A stretch of DNA of 37,307 bases from a virus (lineage: Duplodnaviria; Caudoviricetes): the IMG/VR virus record IMGVR_UViG_3300042808_000015, positions 1 to 37,307 of that record, one strand, 5' to 3'. Positions within the stretch are counted from its first letter, which is position 1. Every line of letters begins with the position of its first letter. The notes beneath the pieces are model-generated. The model was not told the origin of the DNA and did not search any database. It was given only the letters and a program-made list of their open reading frames with translations. The translations under genes and the position numbers were made by a program. Positions 16,471-25,478 of the stretch are shown in pieces.

Positions 16471-18297
16471 TTATTTCGTTTCACTTCCAGTTTCTGTTTT
16501 TAATGTAAAGTTTAATACTACAAAACTAGTATCTATTTCGTTACTATCTAAAACTAATTTTAAATAAGTGAATTTTTTAGCTCTTAGTTTAAGTCTAAAT
16601 GTTTTTGGATTATAATTTGTAGTAAATGTAAAATTACTAAAATCTACATTTCCGAATGTTATTATACTTCTATCTATACTTTCAGTTGTAGGTGTAATGT
16701 TAGAATCCGTTACAAATTTAATATCACAAGATGATTTAGTTTGTGAAGCTAATGTTATCCAAGCTTTAGTTAATGATTTAGTTAAATAATCAGTACCAAA
16801 ATTAAACATATTCATTTCCCAATGTGACTCAATAGCAACTCCATTAAAAGTTATATAATCTTCACTTATTTTCATTATTCTACCATCAGTAGTACCAAAA
16901 TATAATTCACTTCCTATTAATATCCAACAAGTAGGTTCATCTTCTAATGTAAGTCTTGAAAAAGTATCTAATAAATAATTATATATCCAAACTTTTTTGC
17001 CTATTGATATCCACATTTCAAATTTACTTTGATAATCTATTGTTTTAGCTAAACTTAAATCGTTATTATTTAAATCTCTTTGAATTCTAGTACCTATTTC
17101 CTTCATATTTCTTTCATCTACTAATTGCGTAGTTGTCCAATTTATTAAAGTAGTATCTATTGTATATATTTTATTATTAAGTAATTGTGATTGACCAAGT
17201 GGTAAATTACCTCTTGTATCATTTATCTTATATATTGGAAAAGATACTATATCAACTCCATCTAAATTTACGATATCATAATAAGAATAATATGTTTCGT
17301 TTTCTTTAAATATTATCATTGATTTTTGTTGTTGTTTTATATCTGTTATAGCAAAATCACTTGAACCTATCAGATCAAGATTGGTTGCACTAAAATATTC
17401 AGCACTTGGTATTCCATCAGCTAATGTTGAGTTTATTCTTTGATTTATACTATCAGTATGTCCATATAAGAATACTCTATTATCAGAAGCTTCTCCAAAT
17501 AATTCACTAAATCTATTTTTTTCTACTATTTCTCTTGTTCCTGTTCCTTTAGTCCATTGTATTTCTACGTTATTTATTCCTACTATTGGTATATTTCCAG
17601 CAGTAAATGTTATTATTCCAGTAGTTAAGTTTACTGTATAATGTGTAGTTAAAGTTTTAGTAACTCCATCAACTTTTACAAAATCAATACTATCAATATT
17701 TTGTTCAAGTAATTTATATGTGTCAGTTGTATCTCCATTAAATGTTGCTCTTTTACTTCCTATTAACATGTTTATATCTTCAAAAGCTGTTCCACTCCCA
17801 GTTGATGGTTTACAACCTATATATATTTTAGGAATATATCCAGTTACTGTTTGAATTACTCCAGTTCCTAGATATTTTTTATATTCGTGTCCATTTATTA
17901 TATATAATATATTATTAAATAAGAAAAAATTAGTTGTATCATCTGTTAAATTACCTAAATTAGTAACAGCACTTGCAAATGTATCCCAAGTTTCATCATT
18001 TAACCAATAATCATCATTTAATCTATAAATAGAACCATTTAATGCAAATATAAAAGTTAATTTATCTGCTAACGTACCATACCACATACCTTGAATAGGT
18101 TTATTATATGTAGAACTAAATAATTGTAAATATCCTTCTATTTTTGCTAAATCATAATCTTTAGTTATATAACAATTATTCATATTACCACTTTGTCCAA
18201 GTTCAAGTTGTGTATCTCCTGCTTTTGTTAGATTAATTCCTAAAAATTTATCTAATGTAAGTGGTTTATTTGTATTTGTTTGTTTTAATATAGCCAT
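16471..18297 (-). CDS. Podovirus tail nozzle/stabilisation protein (P22 gp10-like)
   Basis: FLGIN..GNMNN start, beta-propeller-like repeats, LYFGTTDG; position after the adaptor. Confidence 0.7.
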   Translation of the reverse strand: MAILKQTNTNKPLTLDKFLGINLTKAGDTQLELGQSGNMNNCYITKDYDLAKIEGYLQLFSSTYNKPIQGMWYGTLADKLTFIFALNGSIYRLNDDYWLNDETWDTFASAVTNLGNLTDDTTNFFLFNNILYIINGHEYKKYLGTGVIQTVTGYIPKIYIGCKPSTGSGTAFEDINMLIGSKRATFNGDTTDTYKLLEQNIDSIDFVKVDGVTKTLTTHYTVNLTTGIITFTAGNIPIVGINNVEIQWTKGTGTREIVEKNRFSELFGEASDNRVFLYGHTDSINQRINSTLADGIPSAEYFSATNLDLIGSSDFAITDIKQQQKSMIIFKENETYYSYYDIVNLDGVDIVSFPIYKINDTRGNLPLGQSQLLNNKIYTIDTTLINWTTTQLVDERNMKEIGTRIQRDLNNNDLSLAKTIDYQSKFEMWISIGKKVWIYNYLLDTFSRLTLEDEPTCWILIGSELYFGTTDGRIMKISEDYITFNGVAIESHWEMNMFNFGTDYLTKSLTKAWITLASQTKSSCDIKFVTDSNITPTTESIDRSIITFGNVDFSNFTFTTNYNPKTFRLKLRAKKFTYLKLVLDSNEIDTSFVVLNFTLKTETGSETK

Positions 18298-18306
18298 TTA
18301 TTCACC

Positions 18307-18870
18307 TCATTCTACAGTACCTAATACTATTAGTTCAATATTAGCAATTCCACCATCAATATATTCTCCGTTTGTTATTAAAGTATCATTTCCACCAGTT
18401 AGTTTTATTTCATATCTTTGTCCTTTTATTATATCAGATGTTAAATCTATAGATTTTGATTGTACTGTACTTAGTCCTGTTATATTCCAAGTTCCAAAAG
18501 CAATATTTAAAGCTCCACCTGTTGTAACTATAGTAGCCTCAGAAGCAAAAGGATAATCAAAATAAACTCCATCTCCCTCAAGTCCATTATATAATTTAAT
18601 AGTAGCAGGAGCATAATATCCATCAGGTATACCCATTCCACTACCACCTTCTAGTTTTCTAGAAGCTATATTTACATTTAATATTGCACTTATTATATTT
18701 ACATTTTCAGGTATAAAAACATTTATAATTGCAGGTTTTTTTGATATAATTCCACCTACATTCATCCAGCCTATTTCTTTCCATCCACCACTATCAAAAA
18801 CGAATTCACTTAATGGATTTGTTAGATATTGTTTACCACCTTTAGATATTGCTCTTTGTACTTGTGCCAT
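18307..18870 (-). CDS. Hypothetical virion protein
   Basis: GGAGG RBS; beta-rich; between adaptor and nozzle. Confidence 0.7.
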   Translation of the reverse strand: MAQVQRAISKGGKQYLTNPLSEFVFDSGGWKEIGWMNVGGIISKKPAIINVFIPENVNIISAILNVNIASRKLEGGSGMGIPDGYYAPATIKLYNGLEGDGVYFDYPFASEATIVTTGGALNIAFGTWNITGLSTVQSKSIDLTSDIIKGQRYEIKLTGGNDTLITNGEYIDGGIANIELIVLGTVE

Positions 18871-18879
18871 AATATCCTC

Positions 18880-19779
18880 CTAAAAAAAACTTAATTTAGC
18901 ATCATAATAATCTTTTTTGTTTGAAATTCCAACTGGTTGTTTAAATTTAATTTGACTTTTCATTACTTCATATTGTTGATTATAAAAATTAGCTACATTT
19001 GTATTTTCATTTATAAATAAGTAAAATGCTAATCCAGTTGCTATTACTGTCGAACATATTTGGTCATTAAATGCTATTGTTTCAGTTAATGCTGATATAT
19101 TAATTGGTATAAATCTATATACTAATCTAATATTTCCTTTGAATTCATATGGTATATATAAGTCACTTGTATTTTCTAATTTAAATTTATCATATAATCT
19201 ATATTGACCAGGTCTATATTCTTCGTATATTTTATATATACTTAAAAAATCACTAGGTAGTTCAACTTTTTTATAACTTCCAAATTGTGGTATAGTATAA
19301 AATTTTTCTTTATATAATGCTACGTTTGTATATGTATAAAAATAACTTCCACTAAATCTAAGTCTTGTTTTAATTGCTCCAGTAGTTGGTACTATACTTC
19401 CTTTATAATTAGTATAACTAGTTACTGTATTTGCTATTGTTAAAGTATCTAATACATTCCAAGTAATACTATCAGTTGTATCTTCTATATATACAGTAGC
19501 AGGACCTATAATGTCAAATGAATATGCTTTAGCAACTGTACTTTCTAATATTTCATCTTCTTCGTTATGTTCTTTATAATCTATTATTGAATTAATTGGT
19601 GTAACTGATTGCATAGGTATATCTAATGTTTTATATATTGGTGCTGTTTTACATATATCGTTTTGAATTAAATTTATTAAATTTATTGCCTTTGTTTGAT
19701 ATGTTGATGTTTCTGTTGGATTATTTGGATCAACATCAATTAAATTCATTGATATATTAAATATTTCTTGTGCTGTCAT
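18880..19779 (-). CDS. Head-to-tail adaptor (tail tubular A-like) with an internal beta-sandwich insertion
   Basis: MTAQEIFNISMNLID start, ELPSDF, GLAFYL..FYNQQYE. Confidence 0.65.
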   Translation of the reverse strand: MTAQEIFNISMNLIDVDPNNPTETSTYQTKAINLINLIQNDICKTAPIYKTLDIPMQSVTPINSIIDYKEHNEEDEILESTVAKAYSFDIIGPATVYIEDTTDSITWNVLDTLTIANTVTSYTNYKGSIVPTTGAIKTRLRFSGSYFYTYTNVALYKEKFYTIPQFGSYKKVELPSDFLSIYKIYEEYRPGQYRLYDKFKLENTSDLYIPYEFKGNIRLVYRFIPINISALTETIAFNDQICSTVIATGLAFYLFINENTNVANFYNQQYEVMKSQIKFKQPVGISNKKDYYDAKLSFF

Positions 19780-19780
19780 T

Positions 19781-19972
19781 TTATACCTCCTTTATTAAAT
19801 TAAAACTTAATAATAATTTTATTCTATCTTTTGATAAATTAGTTATTTCTTTATTTTCTTCTATTTGATTTCCTAAATCATCTCTTACTAAAGATAATGT
19901 TATATATTTTATTTCTTTTTTAACTGTTTCTTTTTTTATTATAGGTTCTTTTTTAACTACTTTTTTAGTCAT
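19781..19972 (-). CDS. 63-aa protein, free-standing copy of the GT C-terminal domain with a basic N-terminus
   Basis: YITLSLVRDDLGNQIEENKEIT..LLLSFNLIK matches the GT C-terminus. Confidence 0.8.
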   Translation of the reverse strand: MTKKVVKKEPIIKKETVKKEIKYITLSLVRDDLGNQIEENKEITNLSKDRIKLLLSFNLIKEV

Positions 19973-20107
19973 ATTTTACAACTCCTTTCTTTTAATTAGA
20001 TTAAATCGTAATAATTCTCTTACTCTTGCTATATTTTTTATAGTTATTTCATTATTTTCTTCTATTTGGTTACCTTGTTCATCTCTTACTAATGCTAATG
20101 TTATATA
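19840..20107. repeat. 67-bp imperfect direct repeat (19840-19906 and 20041-20107)
   Basis: 59/67 identical by manual alignment. Confidence 0.9.
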
Positions 20108-22321
20108 AGTATTATATGTATCAACTTCTATTTCTTCTGGATTATATATATACTTACTTTTTATTTCTTTTAAGTTTTTAAATAATTTAGTCCATTCAGA
20201 TATATTATATTTCTTAATATGTTTATATCCTTTTAAATTTTTACTATACATATTGTCAATTACTTCATCTAAGTTGCTTAAATCTCTTTTAAGTATAAAC
20301 CCATTAACTTTATCTTCTACTTGCTCATATGCACTATTAAAGTCTGTTACAACTACTGGTACACCTCTATCTAAACTCTCAGTTATTGTACAACCCCAAT
20401 TTTCACTATCACTAAGTTGTAATATATAGTCTTTATTCCACATATAATCAACTACATTTAGTCTTGGTTCTCTAAATACAAAACCATCTATTATTTCATC
20501 AGGTAAATCATTAGTAAAAACTGTCCATTCAAATAAAAGTCCTCTTTCATTCATTCTTTTAGCTAATAATTTCATTCTATTATAGCCTTTTTCCCAACTT
20601 AAACGAGTAGCACTCATTAAATTTAATACTTTTTTAGGTTCTGTACAATCAAATAAATTATGTAATAAATAACATTCTATTCCAAATTTTCTTTTAAATG
20701 CTTCTGCTCCTGCTATACTATCAGATGTAAATTTAGTTATTTTATCATTTTTTTCATATGGTTGACTCAATTCTTCCACATTACAACAAATATGTTGTAT
20801 AAATTCTTTTGATACTACATTATTTAAAATAGTGCAATCGTTAAAACTATAAATTAAAAATAAATTAGATTTAAAGTTTTGACCTGAAAACTTAACACAT
20901 TTGACTAATTTTTTTAATCTATTTAATTGTATAGCATCTGCATTATCATATACAAACATTATTTCGTATTTATCTTTTAATAAATTACACATATTATAAA
21001 TAGCAGTTTCAACACCACCAAGTTTACTTATATATGAACGATATACTATTATTTGTGATTTTATAGTTTCATTCATAGTTATTTCATTATTTCGATATCT
21101 ACTAGTTAAACTACTTTCTCTACCATTATTATAATAGTAAAGTATATCAGTTATATTTTCTTTTTTACCTTTTAATACTTTATAATTAAATTCTGTATCT
21201 TCTGACATTGTTTTATTTTCATTAAATCTAATGTTGCCTATTAACTCTCTTTTATATATACAATTCCATACTGATGTATTCCATTCAGGTGGTTTATCAT
21301 TTATTATATATTCTTCTTTAGTAACTCCTATTGATTTCCAACTAAAGTAACAATAATCAAATTCACTTTTATTAATTTTATTTAATATTATATCTATGTA
21401 GTTTTTGCTTACATTATCATCAGAATCAATAAATACTACATTATATCCTTTACATATATCAAGTCCTTTGTTTCTAGCACTTGATACACCCAAATTTTCT
21501 TGATGTATTACTTTTATAGGATACTTATCAAATATTTTTTCATTACATCCATCATCTATTAAAATAATTTCAACATTAGGTTTAAGTTGTTTAGTTAAAT
21601 TATCTAGTAACTTAATTGTTAACTCTTTTGTTTTATAATATGGTATTATAATTGATAAATCGTAATCTATAAATCCACGTTTACTATAATCTACTTTTAT
21701 ATTTTCTTTTTCAAATAAGTTTTTAGTTTCAATACTCCATTTACCTTGTACCAAACACCATGGTTTTTTAGTTTCATTATATCCAATATCAAATACTAGC
21801 TCTTTATTGTTTATATAAAAATCATATTTAGAATCTACTTCTGTTAATTCCCATTCCCAAGGCGTTTTATCTTCTTGTAATCTCTCAATTAGCTTTAATC
21901 TATCATGAATACTAGGTTGACAACTATTTAAATAAGGTTCTTTGTTATTTCGCTTTACAAATCCATTTAAAGAATTTGATGTGTATTTAGTATCATTATC
22001 CAATTCTAAATTATAAACAGCTGTATTGTCATCGTAGTTCTTTAAAATATCAACTATTCTATCGTTATCTACTTTACTATGAAAAAAGAAGTCATCTAGT
22101 AAAAATATAACGTATTTTGTATCAATTTGTTCAAGTGCTTGTCTAACTCTAGATGTCCAACTTCCTTTTGCTTTTATTGTATTAAAATATTTACATTCTT
22201 TGTCTTCCATTACTATATAAGTCTTTAAATAATATTTCCAGTACTTACTATATAATTTATAAAAAGGCTCGTGTATATCTTCGTTCTTATCACAACTTAT
22301 TATTACAACTGATGTATCCAT
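19976..22321 (-). CDS. Three-module glycosyltransferase (GT-A-like + GT2 + GT4/GT-B) with a C-terminal tag
   Basis: YVIFLLDDFF; LSIIIPYY..DDG..GVSSARNKGL..FIDSDD; GGVET..TRLSWEKG..ENWGCTITE (Ex7E)..GVPVVVTD. Confidence 0.88.
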   Translation of the reverse strand: MDTSVVIISCDKNEDIHEPFYKLYSKYWKYYLKTYIVMEDKECKYFNTIKAKGSWTSRVRQALEQIDTKYVIFLLDDFFFHSKVDNDRIVDILKNYDDNTAVYNLELDNDTKYTSNSLNGFVKRNNKEPYLNSCQPSIHDRLKLIERLQEDKTPWEWELTEVDSKYDFYINNKELVFDIGYNETKKPWCLVQGKWSIETKNLFEKENIKVDYSKRGFIDYDLSIIIPYYKTKELTIKLLDNLTKQLKPNVEIILIDDGCNEKIFDKYPIKVIHQENLGVSSARNKGLDICKGYNVVFIDSDDNVSKNYIDIILNKINKSEFDYCYFSWKSIGVTKEEYIINDKPPEWNTSVWNCIYKRELIGNIRFNENKTMSEDTEFNYKVLKGKKENITDILYYYNNGRESSLTSRYRNNEITMNETIKSQIIVYRSYISKLGGVETAIYNMCNLLKDKYEIMFVYDNADAIQLNRLKKLVKCVKFSGQNFKSNLFLIYSFNDCTILNNVVSKEFIQHICCNVEELSQPYEKNDKITKFTSDSIAGAEAFKRKFGIECYLLHNLFDCTEPKKVLNLMSATRLSWEKGYNRMKLLAKRMNERGLLFEWTVFTNDLPDEIIDGFVFREPRLNVVDYMWNKDYILQLSDSENWGCTITESLDRGVPVVVTDFNSAYEQVEDKVNGFILKRDLSNLDEVIDNMYSKNLKGYKHIKKYNISEWTKLFKNLKEIKSKYIYNPEEIEVDTYNTYITLALVRDEQGNQIEENNEITIKNIARVRELLRFNLIKRKEL

Positions 22322-22330
22322 AAATCCTCC

Positions 22331-23245
22331 TTATAAACTATCTATTATAGTTTGTAATTCTTCTTTAGTAAATCTTGGTGCATTATCACTTGTTAATGAA
22401 TCTATATATTTTATATCTGATTTTATATTTTCATTTATTCTAAAGTAGTTATCTACGAGTTCACTATGATTAAGTTCAGATATTGTAAGTAATGCTTCAT
22501 CTGTTTTTTCTATACATTCACTTCCTATTGTTATTTGATTATCACTTATACAATCTGCTACCATTCCAACATCTGCACTTTTATTATTATAAACAAACAT
22601 ATCTTTATTATTTCCATTATTTAAAGCATATAAGACTAAATCAATAGCCTCAGACATTTGCATAAAGAAACGTGTATTACTTCTATTAGTTATTGTAAGT
22701 GGTTTATTTTGACTTTTAAGTTCTTTAAATAGTGGTATTACACTACCACTTGATCCTAATACATTACCATATCTTGTTAATATAATTTTAGTATCTTTAC
22801 TATCTATATCTTTACACATACATTCCATTAAATATTTTGTACTTCCATAAGTTGTACTTGCATTTGCGCTTTTATCTGTACTTAAACATACTAATTTATC
22901 TACTTTGTTCTTTATAGAAGCAAGTATTACATTCTCACTGCCTAATACATTAGTGTTTATAGCTTCAAATGGATTTTCTTGGCATATTAAGACATGTTTT
23001 AATGCAGCTGAATGAAATACATAGTCTACATTTTCAATTGCTTTATTTACTGAGTCAAATTCTTTTATATCTCCAATTATAAAGTTCAATCTACTATCAT
23101 TAAATTTCTTTTTCATTTCCCATTGATTTTTTTCATTCCTTGAGAATATTCTTATTTCTTTTACTTCTTCTTGTAATAGTCTTTCTGTCATTGCTTGGCC
23201 AAAACTTCCAGTTCCACCTGTTATTAAAATTATTTTATCTTTCAT
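22331..23245 (-). CDS. UDP-GlcNAc 4,6-dehydratase, PseB/FlaA1-like extended SDR
   Basis: TGGTGSFG, HSAALKHV, STDKS, YGSTK, RYGNVLGSSGSV. Confidence 0.88.
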   Translation of the reverse strand: MKDKIILITGGTGSFGQAMTERLLQEEVKEIRIFSRNEKNQWEMKKKFNDSRLNFIIGDIKEFDSVNKAIENVDYVFHSAALKHVLICQENPFEAINTNVLGSENVILASIKNKVDKLVCLSTDKSANASTTYGSTKYLMECMCKDIDSKDTKIILTRYGNVLGSSGSVIPLFKELKSQNKPLTITNRSNTRFFMQMSEAIDLVLYALNNGNNKDMFVYNNKSADVGMVADCISDNQITIGSECIEKTDEALLTISELNHSELVDNYFRINENIKSDIKYIDSLTSDNAPRFTKEELQTIIDSL

Positions 23246-23269
23246 ATATTCCTCCTTAACTTATTATTA

Positions 23270-23287
23270 AGGGAGTTTTCACTCCCT
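23270..23287 (-). terminator. GAAA-tetraloop hairpin after the capsid gene (leaky terminator or stabiliser)
   Basis: AGGGAGT-GAAA-ACTCCCT followed by TAATAAT, no real U-tract. Confidence 0.55.
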
Positions 23288-23298
23288 CAAGGTATAAA

Positions 23299-24138
23299 TT
23301 AAGATACTACAGCAGTTAAGTGCATGTATAATGCGTTAACTTTGTTATTTAAAACAAATGCATCATATCTTACTCTACCTTCAACTAAACTTCCAGATAT
23401 TCCTGGTGGGTTTTGATGAATTGTAAAGTCTTCTAATTTATTAGCAGCTACAGTTGCCATTGGATGTGCGATTAAGAATGCACAGTTAGTTGGTAGTTTA
23501 GAACTAGGAACTTTTACAAGTTTAACTCCATCTACTTCACCTACCATACCATTAATTCTTTTTTCCATCGCTATTTCAGAAGCTAACATAAAGCTAGAAT
23601 CTAATTTAATAAATTTATAGAAACTATAAGATACAGCAGCAAGCAATCCTTCAGTTGGAACTAAATTATTTCCTAAGAATATTTGTCCATCTAAAAATTT
23701 GTCGTATGCATTACTAGCAGTTATTGCAGCAGTAGCAGTACCACCGTTTGCAACAGCAGCTGCTCCCATTATTCCAAATGTATAAGTATCTATTTCAGGT
23801 ACAATAACTTGTTCTTGTTGTTCTTTTAAAGCTTTACCAGCTTCAAATATTGTTCCGTTAGTATCATCTTTAGATTTTTTATCAATTGTAAATGTGAAAC
23901 TTCTATCTTTTCTAAGTAACATTGTTTGTACAGTGTTTTCTAATTCTGCTGGAGTTCCGTATCTAGCAGAACCAGTTAATGAGTAATCATTCATTGCTAC
24001 AGTTGTTCTTCCATTTACAACGATTGCACTTGCATTTAACCAAGTGTAACTTGAATTTGTGAATGCTTTTGATAATGATATTTGTTTAAATTTTTCGTCT
24101 ACTTTTGCTTCGTAGTTTGTTGCTAAGTTTATAGCCAT
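23299..24138 (-). CDS. Major capsid protein
   Basis: DRSFTFTID, VIVPEIDTY, GEVDGVKLVKVP, NPPGISGSLVEGRVRYDAFVL; follows the scaffold. Confidence 0.88.
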   Translation of the reverse strand: MAINLATNYEAKVDEKFKQISLSKAFTNSSYTWLNASAIVVNGRTTVAMNDYSLTGSARYGTPAELENTVQTMLLRKDRSFTFTIDKKSKDDTNGTIFEAGKALKEQQEQVIVPEIDTYTFGIMGAAAVANGGTATAAITASNAYDKFLDGQIFLGNNLVPTEGLLAAVSYSFYKFIKLDSSFMLASEIAMEKRINGMVGEVDGVKLVKVPSSKLPTNCAFLIAHPMATVAANKLEDFTIHQNPPGISGSLVEGRVRYDAFVLNNKVNALYMHLTAVVS

Positions 24139-24161
24139 TTTAATACCTTCTTTCTTTGGTA

Positions 24162-24998
24162 CTAATCAGAATTAAATCCCATTAAGAATGCGTCTTGTTT
24201 TTCATTGATTGTACCACCATATTCAGTAACACCTTTTATAGGTGAACTTTTTTTAATTTTGTCGTTTTGTTTAAGTTGTTTTATTTCTTCTTGTGCTATT
24301 TTTAATTGATGTTTTGTATATGCTGTTAATAAATCATTTTCTTTAGCTTCTGCAAATACTTCTTTTGGAATTTTATCCAAATCAATATCAGGATATGCAT
24401 TTAAAAATTTATCATATTCAGCATTTTCTTTAGCTTTTTCTTGACTTTGTTTTTTTTCTTGATCTATTTTTAAAATCTTTTCATTATATTCTTTTCTAAG
24501 TCTAGCAGTTTCTACAACTTCTCTTGCTACTTCTTCTGGAACGTTATTTGCTACCATTTCTGCTATTCTATCTTGTTCAGCTTGTAAATCTAACTTTGCT
24601 TGATTTTCTTTTACAGCTTTAATATAATCACTTCTAGTCATTCCATTTTGTTTAGCTAAATCATCTATATATTGCATTTCTTCACTATTCTCTAATGAGT
24701 TTAGTTTATCTTGCAATTTATCATAATTTTTGCCCTTTTGATAATTTGTTACTACATCTTCTAAGTTATCTATCTTAATTTCTTCACCATTGTATTTTAC
24801 TTTTTTAGATAGATTTTCTAAGAAAGGCGAATAATCAAATTCATCTTCTTTTACTTCTTCTTCAGTTTCCGCTGGTGTTGCTTCTTCTGTAGTTTCAGTA
24901 ACTTCTTCTGTACCAAATCCTAAATCAAATTCATTAAGATTTAGTTCTTCTACTCCTTCGTTTTCAACTGGTATGTTTTGAACTTCTATATTTTCCAT
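24162..24998 (-). CDS. Capsid scaffolding protein (start 24998 preferred over 25028)
   Basis: AAGGAG RBS; acidic N-terminus, VKYNGEE..QKGKNYDK, C-terminal DAFLMGF. Confidence 0.8.
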   Translation of the reverse strand: MENIEVQNIPVENEGVEELNLNEFDLGFGTEEVTETTEEATPAETEEEVKEDEFDYSPFLENLSKKVKYNGEEIKIDNLEDVVTNYQKGKNYDKLQDKLNSLENSEEMQYIDDLAKQNGMTRSDYIKAVKENQAKLDLQAEQDRIAEMVANNVPEEVAREVVETARLRKEYNEKILKIDQEKKQSQEKAKENAEYDKFLNAYPDIDLDKIPKEVFAEAKENDLLTAYTKHQLKIAQEEIKQLKQNDKIKKSSPIKGVTEYGGTINEKQDAFLMGFNSD

Positions 24999-25064
24999 AT
25001 TAACTCCTTCTTGGCTTTGGTTGGCCATATGTGTTCTTTCAAGTCTACACTAAAAGACAAGTTT

Positions 25065-25310
25065 TTACTTACAGTTTTCTATTGCTACTAACATTGCTTC
25101 TAGTTCTTTTATGTTATTATCTATTATTTCAAACTGTTCTTTTCTTTCTATTCTAAGTTGTTCTAAACTTTCTATAAGTTTATCTTTTTTTATTACATTT
25201 TTACCTTTGATATACTCTACATCTTTACCATCTAATGTTTTTACTTGCTCTATATGTGTAAACTCGTAATCTTCTTTTAACTTCTTTACTATGTATCTCA
25301 TTTTATTCAC
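25065..25310 (-). CDS. Hypothetical coiled-coil protein
   Basis: ORF track; start may be ATG 25301. Confidence 0.65.
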   Translation of the reverse strand: MNKMRYIVKKLKEDYEFTHIEQVKTLDGKDVEYIKGKNVIKKDKLIESLEQLRIERKEQFEIIDNNIKELEAMLVAIENCK

Positions 25311-25458
25311 CTACCACTTCTTTAATTTCTTTCATTTTTTTTGATAACTTTTCTTTTGCTAGTTTCATTCTTAGTTTATCTTTAATTAATTTTTGATATT
25401 CCATTAAAGTTCTAGCATCTTCTTCAACTTCATATTCTTTTTCATTAAATTCTTTCAT
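25303..25458 (-). CDS. 51-aa hypothetical protein (not in ORF track)
   Basis: AGGAGG RBS; MKEFNEKEYEVEEDARTLMEYQKLIKDKLRM... Confidence 0.75.
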   Translation of the reverse strand: MKEFNEKEYEVEEDARTLMEYQKLIKDKLRMKLAKEKLSKKMKEIKEVVGE

Positions 25459-25478
25459 AATTTCCTCCTAATTAATAT

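Noticed and set aside
19840-20107. Repeat pair considered as DGR TR/VR
   Set aside because: No reverse transcriptase in a complete genome, both copies are coding, and mismatches are not consistently adenine-specific on the coding strand.
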